DNA from: a phage
Assembly: GCA_012343875.1 (NCBI GenBank)
Contig: GCA_012343875.1_3924.1
DNA: 64,000 nucleotides
Strand: one strand, 5' to 3'
The translations under genes and the position numbers were made by a program. Below, piece after piece: positions 34,011 to 44,378 of this stretch (position 1 is its first letter; every line of letters begins with the position of its first letter). The notes below the pieces were generated by a model. The model did no database searches. It saw nothing but the letters and a program-made list of their open reading frames with translations, and was not told the origin of the DNA.

Positions 34011-34610
34011 TTATTTTACCCCTTTGGAGTCTACATCTAGATGGATAGTATATTCTGGTGGCTCTTGTCCTTCTTCGTAAACTAATTCACCATCAACAAT
34101 GACACGCTCAATAATACTTCCACGTTCATCTTTCAGGACTGAATTTTTTACAAGAGTTACAACAAGAGGCGCAGAATTTTCGAACTCTGTATTAAGATAA
34201 GTGTAGTCATTTGGGATAGCTCCAGTGTCTAAAACTGTAGCTCCTGTTTCTTCAAGAATTAAATCCCTGACTGAACTCATCTCTAATCGTTGTTTAAGCT
34301 CAAGCATAATACTGTGAGCACCTTTACCATTCACCGTAATTAGTACAGGAATCTGAAAAGCAATTCTGTAGCAAACTACATCATCCTCAACAAACTTATC
34401 AAGAACCCAACCATAAGGTGTTGCAGCATCTTGACAATATACGGTAATAAATGGCTGGTCAGGTTTTAAACCTTTGTCATTTGAGTTATCAGAAGGGTAA
34501 GCTCTAATTACGTTTGGTCTATTATTTTTATCACGAGCTAGTCTGTGACCAATAACATCCACTAAGGTTCTAACTAGACCTTTTTCAAGTTCTGCTGTTT
34601 CTAACTGCAT
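34011..34610 (-). CDS. hypothetical head-tail joining/neck protein (199 aa)
   Basis: Position between capsid and sheath genes. Confidence 0.3.
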   Translation of the reverse strand: MQLETAELEKGLVRTLVDVIGHRLARDKNNRPNVIRAYPSDNSNDKGLKPDQPFITVYCQDAATPYGWVLDKFVEDDVVCYRIAFQIPVLITVNGKGAHSIMLELKQRLEMSSVRDLILEETGATVLDTGAIPNDYTYLNTEFENSAPLVVTLVKNSVLKDERGSIIERVIVDGELVYEEGQEPPEYTIHLDVDSKGVK

Positions 34611-34986
34611 TCATTTTATCCCTTCTAATAATGATATATTCATAATGGGACGTATGGGCTAATTGTTGTGACCAATCCATAGTCATAAATACTTCATACT
34701 CATGACCATCAATCATAACAATGTCAGACTCATTCCACTCTACATCATCTGAAGTTCTAAGTTTATATGTAGTATACAGGATTCTTGTATCGGTAAGCCT
34801 GATACCTTCTGGTAAAGCAATCTGTGTACCATTCTTTACAGAACCTTTGATATATGGCTGGATATTACCTTTGCAGTTAACCTCTACAATATCTTGTGAA
34901 GCTACCCAATCACCATCATCATTGTAATAACCGTCTTCAGAGACTTTACGCTTTACTACAAAGCTGTGTCTGTTTAAGAGTCTCAT
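34585..34986 (-). CDS. hypothetical head-tail joining protein (133 aa)
   Basis: Position; ORF track. Confidence 0.3.
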   Translation of the reverse strand: MRLLNRHSFVVKRKVSEDGYYNDDGDWVASQDIVEVNCKGNIQPYIKGSVKNGTQIALPEGIRLTDTRILYTTYKLRTSDDVEWNESDIVMIDGHEYEVFMTMDWSQQLAHTSHYEYIIIRRDKMNAVRNSRT

Positions 34987-35465
34987 TTCTTAATACCCTT
35001 CTTAGTAGAAATTTTATAAGCAAGGTTATCTCTTAAGTCACCTGTCTCAACAAGAGGTGCGTTAAAGCCTTTTTTCTTGACTGTGGAAGGTGCGTTAGGA
35101 GGGAGGATAGCAGAATTACCAAAACCCCTTTTAATTGCCTTTTGAGCATTCTTTGCAAATGCTTCTAAGGTATTTGAAGGGTCTGTGTTGAGACTGCTAA
35201 GTTGCTTATATAGATTCTTCTTAGTCTGCTCTAACAAGGTCTGTCTGTTTAGCATCATAGTGATTTCAAACAACCTACGATATACTTTACCAGAAGCTGA
35301 GGGAACCCCAATAACTTCTTGTAAATACATTAAAGCAGGATAAGAAAAACCAGAGCTATGTTGACCTTGTTCTTGAAAATACCCAACTTGAGCATTAGCC
35401 GTTTGCAAGTTCTTCATAGCCCCGACTAATTTTGCTCTAGCGGGGTGAATAACCCTTTTAACCAT
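34983..35465 (-). CDS. hypothetical head-tail joining protein (160 aa)
   Basis: Position; ORF track. Confidence 0.3.
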   Translation of the reverse strand: MVKRVIHPARAKLVGAMKNLQTANAQVGYFQEQGQHSSGFSYPALMYLQEVIGVPSASGKVYRRLFEITMMLNRQTLLEQTKKNLYKQLSSLNTDPSNTLEAFAKNAQKAIKRGFGNSAILPPNAPSTVKKKGFNAPLVETGDLRDNLAYKISTKKGIKK

Positions 35466-35914
35466 TATTCATCTCGCTCGATAATAAATACGCCATTAAC
35501 ACGGTTGCAGTAATCTCTGCCTTCGTATCTGGCAGCATCACCATATTCTGTGTATTTCTTGACAGAGCAAGGATTCTGACGACGCATATCAATATCACAC
35601 TGATTAATACCACCTGCATAGGGTAGTCCTGAAACAGAGCTTTTAACAAGGTCGTCATAAACAGCTTTCAGAGATTTGAATCTGGAAGAGTTACGTAAAT
35701 AAACACCACCAACCTTCTCATCTCCCATCTTGGCTACTTGAAAGAGTAAATATTTAAGAGCTTTGATGGCTGCTTTCTTTTCATCCTTTCCAGATTCTAG
35801 ATAGAACCACTCTAGCACAGACTGTTCAATGAGAATTTCATCATTATTGGTGTCTGTGCAGAGGATTCTTACTCTATCAAGAGGGTTATTGGCTGGGTCG
35901 CCTGTATAACACAT
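35465..35914 (-). CDS. hypothetical head completion protein (149 aa)
   Basis: Position directly downstream of major capsid gene. Confidence 0.3.
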   Translation of the reverse strand: MCYTGDPANNPLDRVRILCTDTNNDEILIEQSVLEWFYLESGKDEKKAAIKALKYLLFQVAKMGDEKVGGVYLRNSSRFKSLKAVYDDLVKSSVSGLPYAGGINQCDIDMRRQNPCSVKKYTEYGDAARYEGRDYCNRVNGVFIIERDE

Positions 35915-35935
35915 TCATAACCCTCCTTAAGAATA

Positions 35936-37042
35936 TTAGTCTGGTTTAGCGTCAGAACGAACGTCTACCAGCAACTGAGGACGTGTGCAGTATGGCAGCA
36001 TGTAAGAGTGAGCTTCAAAGTCAATACCTTCGTCACGGTCTTTTTCGTATTCGAATACGTACAGTTCCTGACCAAGTGTATTGGCATAACCCATCTTAGG
36101 ACATGGACCATATGCCACTTCGAAGATGTTGTTTGCTTCGCCCAGCATAGAAACGTTAGGGAAAGCATGACCTACACCAACAGTTGCCGCTACGCTATCA
36201 ATGCTCACCAGAGTGTGAACCTTACCACGCTTGTCTTTGAACTTACCGTTGTACTGGACAAACTTAACACCACCGTAGTAGAAAGTGTTCATGTGAGCCT
36301 GAACGCCGTCAGTACCACCAGTTCTCAGAGAACCAGTAATCTGTTGCCAAGCCAGTGGAGTCTGCTGTGCAAGATAAGCGTCACGAATCTTAGGATGCTT
36401 AACCAGTTTGCTGAAGAATAAGCGGTCAACAACTACGTGAATTTCTTCACCGTTGATTACAGTGCCAGTCTTAGCTTCATCTTCCATGTGCATACGCAGT
36501 TCTTCAATAGAAGCGTCGATGTCAGCATTAGGGTTGTCAAGGTCGAAGTAAACAGTCTTCTTCTCAACGTCGAACTGCTTGTACAGGTCAGCATACAGAG
36601 TACCACGAGCATCAACAACTTTACCCTTCAGAGCTTGCATAAACAGGAACTCACGAGTAATATCGAACTTGGTACGAATCTTCATCAGCTTCTTAGCACG
36701 TACTACAGCTTCAGTAGTCAGTTCGTTTGCAGTGCCTGGCTGACGTACACCCTGAATTTCATCAGGAGTAATGCTTTCAACTTCTTTGAAGTACATCATT
36801 GGGAAGCTGATTTGACGAACACGCTCAGGTGCGCTAGTCTCTGCTTTACGGCTATCACGGTCTACCGCATCAAGCAAGCTAACATCCCAATCAGTCAAGT
36901 CCATAAGGAAAGTAGTTTGGGTGATTGGTGCTGAACGGAACAGACCTAAGTTGGAAATATACCCATAAGTATTTGGGATAGACTGGACTTCACCAGTCAG
37001 GTCAGCAAGGAAAAATCTGCTTTTTTCAGAATTAGTCAACAT
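35936..37042 (-). CDS. major capsid protein (lambda gpE-like position)
   Basis: 368 aa, follows protease/scaffold and decoration-sized genes in lambda order; locally higher GC and codon bias suggest high expression. Confidence 0.65.
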   Translation of the reverse strand: MLTNSEKSRFFLADLTGEVQSIPNTYGYISNLGLFRSAPITQTTFLMDLTDWDVSLLDAVDRDSRKAETSAPERVRQISFPMMYFKEVESITPDEIQGVRQPGTANELTTEAVVRAKKLMKIRTKFDITREFLFMQALKGKVVDARGTLYADLYKQFDVEKKTVYFDLDNPNADIDASIEELRMHMEDEAKTGTVINGEEIHVVVDRLFFSKLVKHPKIRDAYLAQQTPLAWQQITGSLRTGGTDGVQAHMNTFYYGGVKFVQYNGKFKDKRGKVHTLVSIDSVAATVGVGHAFPNVSMLGEANNIFEVAYGPCPKMGYANTLGQELYVFEYEKDRDEGIDFEAHSYMLPYCTRPQLLVDVRSDAKPD

Positions 37043-37075
37043 TGTAAAATTCTCCAGAATGTCTTATTATTGTTA

Positions 37076-37453
37076 TTACAGGCCAGTTGGTACGAAATCA
37101 ATACCTTTAGCAGCCAGAGCTGTCTTGACTGCTTCAGCGTCAACGCTTGATTCAAGAGTAAGCATGTCTTTTAGCTCTGCGTCGCGGTAAATACCAACAA
37201 CTTTCAACTGACCGTGGTAAGACAGTTGCAGGTCTGCGTAGAAATTAACGATACATACAGAGTCTGCTTGAGATTCTTCTCCAGCTTGTACCTTAGTACC
37301 GTCTGCTTTCAGAACTTCACCTACACGATACTCTGTAGATGCCTGTGGGGTATACTCTTTACGAGAGTGGCCTGTTGGTGTAACCTGTTCCCAAAGAATG
37401 ATATCATTCAGAGGTTCTCTGTTACCTAACTTAGTAAAACCTTGATATGCCAT
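37076..37453 (-). CDS. putative head decoration protein (lambda gpD-like position)
   Basis: 125 aa between protease/scaffold and capsid genes. Confidence 0.4.
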   Translation of the reverse strand: MAYQGFTKLGNREPLNDIILWEQVTPTGHSRKEYTPQASTEYRVGEVLKADGTKVQAGEESQADSVCIVNFYADLQLSYHGQLKVVGIYRDAELKDMLTLESSVDAEAVKTALAAKGIDFVPTGL

Positions 37454-37464
37454 TATTGTATTCC

Positions 37465-38811
37465 TTATTTGATAAGAGATTTTAGAGCATTCTGGAGAGC
37501 CAGTTTGCGTTGTTCAGCGGTGTCTTCGGAAGCATTCTTAGCTGGTTCTTTTTCTTCTTCAACCAAATCAGCTTCGCCGTCATTACCCACTTCTTCCATA
37601 GCGTTAGAATGTTCAAGAACAGCACCAGCAGTTTCTTTCAGCTTGGTAATTTCTGATTCTTTTTCTTCCATTGCAGAAGCATGGGACGCGATAGTTTCAT
37701 TAAGTTTCTGGTTAGCACCTTCCATAGCATTCATAAACAGAACACTTAGAGGGTTATCAAGACCAGCACCTAAAATAGTCGTTGCAGCTTCTTTTGCATC
37801 AAATCCAAAAGCTTCAGCAGAAGCAGAAATCTTATTAGTCAAATCTGACAAAGCAGCTTCCTGTTCTTTAGCTTTCATTTGAGCAACCTGAAGACGCAAA
37901 GCTTCTAGTTCTTGCTTTTCTTGTTCAGTCATTTCTTCACCTGAATTGTTAACGTTTAAACTTACAGGAGCCTCTTCAGAACCTTGTAAGTAATTTAAGA
38001 AATCATCTTGAGACATGATTGAGTTAATTAAACCAAGTTCAAGAGCTTCCTGAGCAGAATAAACATTCGCCTCAGTATTCTTTACAGCTTCTTCAGAGAT
38101 ATTACGAGCTTCAGCTACAAAACCTGTAAAGGTTGCGTAGGTATCATTAATTCTCTTTTGAAGTCTTTCTTTGCTTTCTTCTGAAAGTGCTTGGAATGGT
38201 GAACCCATACCTTTAAACTCACCAGCTTTGATGACGTTAATTGTTACGCCATTCTTTTCAAATGCCTTAGTTAATTCCTGATGAACCATGATTACACCAA
38301 TAGAACCAACATCTGCATCTGGTGATGCAATAATTTCTTCAGCAGAAGATGCAAGAGCATATGCAGCGGAACAAGCGAACTCATCTACATAAGCAATAAT
38401 TTTCTTTTGGCCTCTTGAAGCCATGATGTGACGTGCTAATTCAAAGCAACCTGAAGCTTCACCACCACCAGAATCAATATGCAGAACAATAGTCTTAATT
38501 GACTCATCTGCTAAAGCTTCGTCAAAGCCTCTACGTAAACCCTCATAAGAGCTTAATCCACCTGTACACATTGCATCAATGAATGTCATACGATGGGTTA
38601 AGCCACCCATAATAGGGATAATAGCAATGTCATCTTTTACTTTTAAAAGACTTCTTGCGTCACCTTTGGGTTTATCAAAGTTTACTGCTGCTTGGACATC
38701 ACCCAGCAATCTGTTATTCACATAAGTTGCTGCTGAGTGAGCTAATGATTCAGTGGCTAGTAAAGGTTGGTTGAATAATCTATCAGCAAGTCTGAAGATA
38801 TTCGAACTCAT
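37465..38811 (-). CDS. prohead protease (S49/ClpP-like) fused to scaffold-like C-terminal region
   Basis: N-terminal half IIPIMGGL...IVLHIDSGGGEASGCFELARHIMASRG resembles S49 peptidases (lambda gpC-like); C-terminal half Glu/Lys/Ala-rich coiled coil as in Nu3-type scaffolds. Confidence 0.7.
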   Translation of the reverse strand: MSSNIFRLADRLFNQPLLATESLAHSAATYVNNRLLGDVQAAVNFDKPKGDARSLLKVKDDIAIIPIMGGLTHRMTFIDAMCTGGLSSYEGLRRGFDEALADESIKTIVLHIDSGGGEASGCFELARHIMASRGQKKIIAYVDEFACSAAYALASSAEEIIASPDADVGSIGVIMVHQELTKAFEKNGVTINVIKAGEFKGMGSPFQALSEESKERLQKRINDTYATFTGFVAEARNISEEAVKNTEANVYSAQEALELGLINSIMSQDDFLNYLQGSEEAPVSLNVNNSGEEMTEQEKQELEALRLQVAQMKAKEQEAALSDLTNKISASAEAFGFDAKEAATTILGAGLDNPLSVLFMNAMEGANQKLNETIASHASAMEEKESEITKLKETAGAVLEHSNAMEEVGNDGEADLVEEEKEPAKNASEDTAEQRKLALQNALKSLIK

Positions 38812-38822
38812 TTTTACTCACC

Positions 38823-39155
38823 CTATTTGTTTAAATCTACAGAGACTGAAGAGATAACATAGATACCTTCTTCAGCAAAGAATTGAGGTTTGCTAAGAGC
38901 ACCAGTTGCCACGCATTTATCGTTAGCATCCCACAAGCTATAGTGTGAGACCGTTGCAGAAGCTGGAACAGTGATATTAACTGTGTCTTCTGAGGCAATT
39001 AAGCCATTATCCGGTTCAGAAAAATAAATAGCCACTGGCTGAGTAACCTTATTTGCTGTAGGGTCTGCCGTTGGGTCTACATTGTGTAAAATAATAGTCG
39101 TTGGGGTTAGCGTGGCGAGGATTTTGTTCTTACCATCAATAGTTAATGTTCCCAT
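38823..39155 (-). CDS. hypothetical protein (110 aa)
   Basis: ORF track. Confidence 0.4.
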   Translation of the reverse strand: MGTLTIDGKNKILATLTPTTIILHNVDPTADPTANKVTQPVAIYFSEPDNGLIASEDTVNITVPASATVSHYSLWDANDKCVATGALSKPQFFAEEGIYVISSVSVDLNK

Positions 39156-39655
39156 TAATTAAACCTTACTTTTTGTTTAAGGACTGTTGAATGGTTACCA
39201 GATTCATCTACCACATTTACAATCATATCATATACTTTGCCTTTGACAAGTACTTTGTAATCATTTTGTGAAAAAATGTATTCAAGTCTGTTTGTTTCTT
39301 TATTAACTGTCATTGGAGATTGAAATGCAGTGTCGAGGGTAATGAAAGCGGCTTCAATGCTATTAACATTGATACGTTTATTCTCGCAGTTATATAACTT
39401 TACACCCAAAAGGCATGAACTGTCAAATGGAATTTTAACAATTTCACTACAATTCCCTGAAATAAACGGTTTTCCACTCATTGGAGCATCAAGTAACCTG
39501 CAAATAGTGAAAACGTCAGAGGTTCCACCATCACTTACATAACCTGAAAGGCTGACCCTTGAGCCAGCCTCTACAGATAATTTGTCAGTGATAATAAGAA
39601 CACCTCTATACGAATGCACTCGTGTAGCATTTGAAATAGAGATAACTTCAGCCAT
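39155..39655 (-). CDS. hypothetical protein (166 aa)
   Basis: ORF track. Confidence 0.4.
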   Translation of the reverse strand: MAEVISISNATRVHSYRGVLIITDKLSVEAGSRVSLSGYVSDGGTSDVFTICRLLDAPMSGKPFISGNCSEIVKIPFDSSCLLGVKLYNCENKRINVNSIEAAFITLDTAFQSPMTVNKETNRLEYIFSQNDYKVLVKGKVYDMIVNVVDESGNHSTVLKQKVRFN

Positions 39656-41130
39656 TATTTATTTGCCTTATTTGCTGTGCTTGGGTCTTTCGCTGAAGGT
39701 GTCTTTGCAGTACCTTCTCCAGCGGTCTTATAACCATCTCCTGAGCGGCTTTGGCTATTTGGAGAAAGCTTTTCAGATACTGGCTGAGACTCATCAGCAG
39801 GAGGAAGACCAATATGCTCTCTAAGCTTGTTAGATAGCTCTTTGTCAACTTCCAAAGCACCTACTGCAACAGTCTTCTGGATATAAGAACCAATTGCTTC
39901 AAGGTCTGGAGTTTCGATATCATCATATGTGATTTGTACATGTTCTTCATCATCCCACATATTAAGAGCATAAGTCTGTGCAACTAAATCACGGTTAATT
40001 ACGTTCTTAATTTGCTTCAGCAGAATATCTACTGACATCGCTAGTAAGCTTGTCTTAGAATCTGCAAGAGAGAATGAACCGTATTTTGACTGACCCATAG
40101 CAAGAACATCTGACATAAATGCCATCATAATCTGCTTAGAATATCTGTCAATAATAGAACCTGTATCATATGCTTTAGCACCCTGTCTAGAAACTAATGA
40201 GAACTCAAAAATATCCTCTTTAGTATCTGGGTCGATATATCTAGGCCAGATTAAACCTGCTCTGTCATTAGCAATCATATCATTAACAACAGTTTTGCAG
40301 TATTGTACGAAAGCTTTCTTTTCAGGTTCTGCATTTTCATCCAGATAATCTGGTGGTAAACCAATCTTTGGCATACCTACCAAGTCTCTTGAAACACCAA
40401 CAGCTTCGTACTCTTCAATCTGAACTTTATACTTCCACGGTACATAAGCATTAAGTAATGGTGAGCGACCTTCTGGGTTTCCATATTCATCGTCATACTT
40501 AAACAGCATGAATTTAGCTCGTGGAAGTTTTCTTGTCAGTGGTTTTTCTCCGAGATTAATTGCTCCAGCAATATGTGAAACATTTCTCAGATTCTGTCTA
40601 ACACCTGTAACTTTTCTAAAGTCTTCGTCAAAATACCACTTATCAAGTGTTGATTGGTTTCTGATTGGTAATTTAGCCCATCCAATTAGACCATCATCAA
40701 ATTTAGACTGGTACTTTCCTTTCTTACCCTGACGTTTCTTATAAACCTTTTCATTAACACAGAACCCATAAGTGCAGAATGACATTACAGAATTAATAAA
40801 ATCTGCCCAATCATGCTCCATGTCATCCATTAAAGAATTAAAGAAGTCTGCTCTTTCAAGCATTTTAGGGTCTTGCTCTTTTCCCTTTGGAGGTACGAAT
40901 CTCCAGTTGACTTTTCTGACAAACATCTTAATAATATTTACAGATGCTGCTACAGCAGGGTCACGCATCATTAATTGGAAAGTTTTAATACTTTCAGGGA
41001 ACCTTAGTGCCTGACGAGGTTCTTCATAGATTCTTCCATTCTTAACCTTCAGACCCAAAGAACCTACTTCACCCATTCTAAATGGTGGTAAGCTTTCTTG
41101 TGTTTCTGTAATATCTGCCATTCTTCTCAC
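39655..41130 (-). CDS. portal protein
   Basis: 491 aa immediately downstream of terminase large subunit. Confidence 0.65.
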   Translation of the reverse strand: MRRMADITETQESLPPFRMGEVGSLGLKVKNGRIYEEPRQALRFPESIKTFQLMMRDPAVAASVNIIKMFVRKVNWRFVPPKGKEQDPKMLERADFFNSLMDDMEHDWADFINSVMSFCTYGFCVNEKVYKKRQGKKGKYQSKFDDGLIGWAKLPIRNQSTLDKWYFDEDFRKVTGVRQNLRNVSHIAGAINLGEKPLTRKLPRAKFMLFKYDDEYGNPEGRSPLLNAYVPWKYKVQIEEYEAVGVSRDLVGMPKIGLPPDYLDENAEPEKKAFVQYCKTVVNDMIANDRAGLIWPRYIDPDTKEDIFEFSLVSRQGAKAYDTGSIIDRYSKQIMMAFMSDVLAMGQSKYGSFSLADSKTSLLAMSVDILLKQIKNVINRDLVAQTYALNMWDDEEHVQITYDDIETPDLEAIGSYIQKTVAVGALEVDKELSNKLREHIGLPPADESQPVSEKLSPNSQSRSGDGYKTAGEGTAKTPSAKDPSTANKANK

Positions 41131-41137
41131 CTAGCTA

Positions 41138-42754
41138 TCAACGTCTAAGCCCCTCATATGGGTTTCCTCTCACTAAATCTGTGTGAGCACCCATTGATGG
41201 TGGCTTGAATAATTTAACTTCGTTAAGACTGTTGAAAGCATCACTGGTAGCATCCACTTGGTCATCTTTAGTTTTACCATCGCCACAAAAGCCTTCAAGC
41301 TCTTGAAAGTAAGCTTCATTCCAACTACCTCTCAAGACTTTTACAAGTCCAGCTTCAGAAGCAGCAGAAAATCCCGCAAAGCGGGTAACTTTATCTTTAT
41401 TTGTTGGTTTGGCTCTTGCTCGATAACCTTTCTCGGCAAGTTTCCTGATGAGGGATGTTGCGTAGGATTTACCAGCAGCGCCTGGGTCTTGAGGGATAAA
41501 AATACCAGTTCGCTTACCGTCACTTTCAGCAGTCAAATTAATTTGTGTTTCGACTCCAGAGGGTCTATCTCTAAATCTTACTACATCAATGATATAATAG
41601 CAACCGTCTTTTTTAGATTTACCCATCTTAACACCTGCTGTCCAGTCTGGATTAGGGTTAATCTCCGATGGTAAAGTTGCTGCTAAGTCCCATGCTCTAA
41701 CATCAAATACATCTTCTGGGAGTGAATCAACAATTTCACACCATTGTCTTTGCCAATAGTTTGAACCTTCTGCACGAGCCTTCCAGTTACCGAAACGAAG
41801 TCTTGCAACGTTTACAGGGGTGTTGTTTTCCAACTTACCACGGTATTTTGGTTCTAAGAAGTCAAGAATTGGGTTATCATCAATCGTACCAGAGATGAAT
41901 GTATATGTTTGAGGAATCTCAAGAGGAAACATTTCAAGAATCTTGTCTCTCTCCCAATCAGAAACCATAACACCATCATTCATTACATACCAACGAATAC
42001 GACCACACTTTTCAGGGTCTGGGTAACCTTCTTCATCTAAGAATGGTTCTACCCAATCGTAAATAAAGTGGTCTCTGTCTGGGTTCATGGAAATCTTCAT
42101 GTATGAATCACCTTCAGCACCAGAACGTAGACGGGTTTGTAGGTATGAAATCTGTGAAGCAGAGAAGTGTGTACCTTCGTCAAAGTAAATAGCTGAGTAT
42201 TCAATACCCTGATGACCTTCAGCGTGCTTTTCAAGTTCTAGGTAGGTAAACTTGATAGTTGCCCCAGAAGGGAATGTGATAGTCATTTTCTGCTCGTGAG
42301 GAATCCCACCAAACTTACCAAATAGTTTCTTTGCAGCAGGCCATAAACCACCTTGTAACTGTGTTGTATTTCGACGGAAATATACAGCATTATAGTTAGG
42401 GTCTTCAATAAATCTTAAAGAGTCCATTAACAATGCGGCAGTCTTACCAGCACCAGCAGCACCACCATAGAGAACCAAGTCAGCATTAGTATTTAAAAAG
42501 ACCTCTTGAGAACCCGGCTGAGGGGCTACATAATTCTTATCAGTCATCAATTTAAAGATAAGGCGAACTTGGTCTGGTGTGTATCTTAATAAAGTCAGAA
42601 TTTGAGTTGGAAGGAATTTAGAGGGGTCTTTACCGAATGATTTAATAATTTCTTTTACTTCATCAGAAAGCCCCAACTCTCCAGCTAGGACTTTCCTAAC
42701 ATCTTCCACTCGCTTCTGCTTAACAGCATTTAAGTCCATTAAGCGCCTCCGCAA
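41138..42754 (-). CDS. terminase large subunit
   Basis: Walker A LVLYGGAAGAGKTAALL near N-terminus, 538 aa, followed by portal. Confidence 0.85.
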   Translation of the reverse strand: MRRRLMDLNAVKQKRVEDVRKVLAGELGLSDEVKEIIKSFGKDPSKFLPTQILTLLRYTPDQVRLIFKLMTDKNYVAPQPGSQEVFLNTNADLVLYGGAAGAGKTAALLMDSLRFIEDPNYNAVYFRRNTTQLQGGLWPAAKKLFGKFGGIPHEQKMTITFPSGATIKFTYLELEKHAEGHQGIEYSAIYFDEGTHFSASQISYLQTRLRSGAEGDSYMKISMNPDRDHFIYDWVEPFLDEEGYPDPEKCGRIRWYVMNDGVMVSDWERDKILEMFPLEIPQTYTFISGTIDDNPILDFLEPKYRGKLENNTPVNVARLRFGNWKARAEGSNYWQRQWCEIVDSLPEDVFDVRAWDLAATLPSEINPNPDWTAGVKMGKSKKDGCYYIIDVVRFRDRPSGVETQINLTAESDGKRTGIFIPQDPGAAGKSYATSLIRKLAEKGYRARAKPTNKDKVTRFAGFSAASEAGLVKVLRGSWNEAYFQELEGFCGDGKTKDDQVDATSDAFNSLNEVKLFKPPSMGAHTDLVRGNPYEGLRR

Positions 42755-42760
42755 ATAGAA

Positions 42761-42961
42761 TTATTCAGAGTCTGTAGCAGTCTCTTCTTTCTTAACTTCG
42801 AACTTTGCATCAACAGCATCAAGAAGTGCATCCATAGATGCTTCTTTAATATCAATACCTGTTGCTACAGACAATCTGTCTGCAATTGCCATGATAGTAT
42901 TCTGCATAAATTCTAGCTTCTTATTAGCTTCATAAAGTTCTTTATAAACGGTCTCGCTCAT
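42761..42961 (-). CDS. hypothetical protein (66 aa), first gene of late operon
   Basis: ORF track; GGAG about 9 nt upstream of ATG. Confidence 0.4.
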   Translation of the reverse strand: MSETVYKELYEANKKLEFMQNTIMAIADRLSVATGIDIKEASMDALLDAVDAKFEVKKEETATDSE

Positions 42962-42996
42962 TATGTTTTCTCCAAATAGTTAATCATGTTTCCCCT

Positions 42997-43021
42997 TAAA
43001 AAAGACGGTACAGAGACCGTC
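42997..43021 (-). terminator. intrinsic terminator (minus strand)
   Basis: Stem GACGGT/ACCGTC with 6-nt loop, U-run on minus strand. Confidence 0.6.
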
Positions 43022-43086
43022 AAGGAGAAACCACAATGTACGTCAGAGACATACTGTATAAGGCTTCTTATAAAGTATAACTCTGT

Positions 43087-43146
43087 AAAAAAGCCCTGTC
43101 TAAAAATACTCTTCGGTAGCGAAAGGAAGAATACTGATAGCAGGGC
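43087..43146 (-). terminator. intrinsic terminator at 3' end of tRNA operon (minus strand)
   Basis: Long imperfect hairpin closed by GCCCTG/CAGGGC, followed on minus strand by UUUUUU. Confidence 0.6.
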
Positions 43147-43183
43147 ATTATTATTATTTTAATTGAGAGAGAGTAAAATAACT

Positions 43184-43259
43184 TGGAGAATCCGAAGGGA
43201 CTCGAACCCTTATAAACCTGTTTTGCAGACAGGCACATAGCCATTTCTGTCACGGATTC
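43184..43259 (-). tRNA. tRNA-Cys (GCA)
   Basis: Hand-folded: acceptor GAATCCG/CGGATTC, anticodon stem CCTGT/ACAGG with loop CTGCAAA, T-arm AAGGG-TTCGAGT-CCCTT, encoded CCA. Confidence 0.7.
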
Positions 43260-43263
43260 AAAT

Positions 43264-43356
43264 TGGAGGAAGATACCAGACTTGAACTGGTACACCGATT
43301 TCTCAGCTACTGGCAGTTTAGCAAACTGCTCCCTTACCTTTTAGGGTTAATCTTCC
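43264..43356 (-). tRNA. tRNA-Ser (GCT), type II
   Basis: Acceptor GGAAGAT/ATCTTCC, anticodon loop TTGCTAA, long variable arm, T-loop TTCAAGT, CCA; about 93 nt. Confidence 0.65.
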
Positions 43357-43357
43357 A

Positions 43358-44092
43358 TTATTTCTGTAATGCGTTCTTCATTTCTGGTGTTGCAATAGCA
43401 TCAATTACACCAGTTTTACAAGCATCATCAAACCAGTCTGGTAAGATACCTGCTAAGAACCCATTGATATTCGTTTTAAGGTACTCTGCAATAAGGGCAG
43501 CTTCTTCTTCAATCATCTGCACAACTTCATCTGCATAAGCTGTAATCTTCGAGATACCTTCATTAATCTTACTAACAGCTTGGTTAGCTAAATCAGAAAT
43601 AGTATCAAGATCTTTGTCAATAGCGTCTTGTAAATCACTTAATACATCATTAACACCGTCTAGTGCACTGTTAATCGTATCAATAGCTTTTTGACCATAC
43701 TCTGTAGCAACACCCATAATACCACTAAATGGTGTACAACCAACTTGTTCACCTGCTGCACCCATAACATTGGAATAACCTTTTGCTACCTGCATACGTG
43801 ATGAAAACTCATCAATGGATTTTTGACCGTAATCTGTCAGTGTTTTGGTGGTTGATGTAGTGCTTGTTAGACTCGTGGTAAAGCTGTTAAGCAGAACTGT
43901 TGTAAGTCCAGCAGCAACAAGCTTATCTTTTACTGTAGGGTCTGATACAGAACTAATAGAGCTTACAAGTGATGTAGAGGCAGCTACGGTTCCACCGAGA
44001 ACTGCTGCACCAGTAATAAGGGGGTTAGAAAACCCTTTACCAGTTTTTAAGAGATTAAAAATCTCCTTACCTTGTTCTGTCATCTCTTTCAT
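43358..44092 (-). CDS. hypothetical protein with hydrophobic segment and coiled-coil region
   Basis: Track ORF 43358..44155 trimmed to internal ATG 44092 to avoid overlap with tRNA-Phe; segment LITGAAVLGGTVAASTSLVSSISSV. Confidence 0.45.
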   Translation of the reverse strand: MKEMTEQGKEIFNLLKTGKGFSNPLITGAAVLGGTVAASTSLVSSISSVSDPTVKDKLVAAGLTTVLLNSFTTSLTSTTSTTKTLTDYGQKSIDEFSSRMQVAKGYSNVMGAAGEQVGCTPFSGIMGVATEYGQKAIDTINSALDGVNDVLSDLQDAIDKDLDTISDLANQAVSKINEGISKITAYADEVVQMIEEEAALIAEYLKTNINGFLAGILPDWFDDACKTGVIDAIATPEMKNALQK

Positions 44093-44108
44093 TAAGCACC
44101 TTTGAAAT

Positions 44109-44184
44109 TGGTAGTCCAGTGGGATTTGAACCCTCTTCTCATGTTTTTCAGACACGCGCTTTAACCATATAAGCTACTTGGACT
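44109..44184 (-). tRNA. tRNA-Phe (GAA)
   Basis: Anticodon stem-loop CGTGT-CTGAAAA-ACATG, T-loop TTCAAAT, CCA; ends approximate. Confidence 0.6.
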
Positions 44185-44190
44185 ATAAAT

Positions 44191-44266
44191 TGGGGTGACC
44201 TACGGGATTTGAACCCGTATAGACCATGTTCACAGCATGGGTCATTACCATTTATGATAAGGCCAC
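44191..44266 (-). tRNA. tRNA-His (GTG)
   Basis: Anticodon stem CCATG/CATGG with loop CTGTGAA, T-arm CGGG-TTCAAAT-CCCG, CCA. Confidence 0.65.
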
Positions 44267-44297
44267 ATTTAAGGACTCTCGTAAGAATCCTTAGAAG

Positions 44298-44373
44298 TGG
44301 CAGCGGCATAAGGATTTGAACCTTAATAAGACAGCTTCAGAGACTGCTGCATTGCCAGTTATGCTATACCGCT
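44298..44373 (-). tRNA. tRNA-Gln (CTG)
   Basis: Acceptor AGCGGTA/TGCCGCT, anticodon loop CTCTGAA, T-arm TAAGG-TTCAAAT-CCTTA, CCA. Confidence 0.6.
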
Positions 44374-44378
44374 AAATT

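Noticed and set aside
36008-36934. Plus-strand ORFs 36008-36421 and 36437-36934
   Set aside because: They lie entirely antisense within the major capsid gene, have no RBS, and are best explained as chance ORFs in a GC-richer region.
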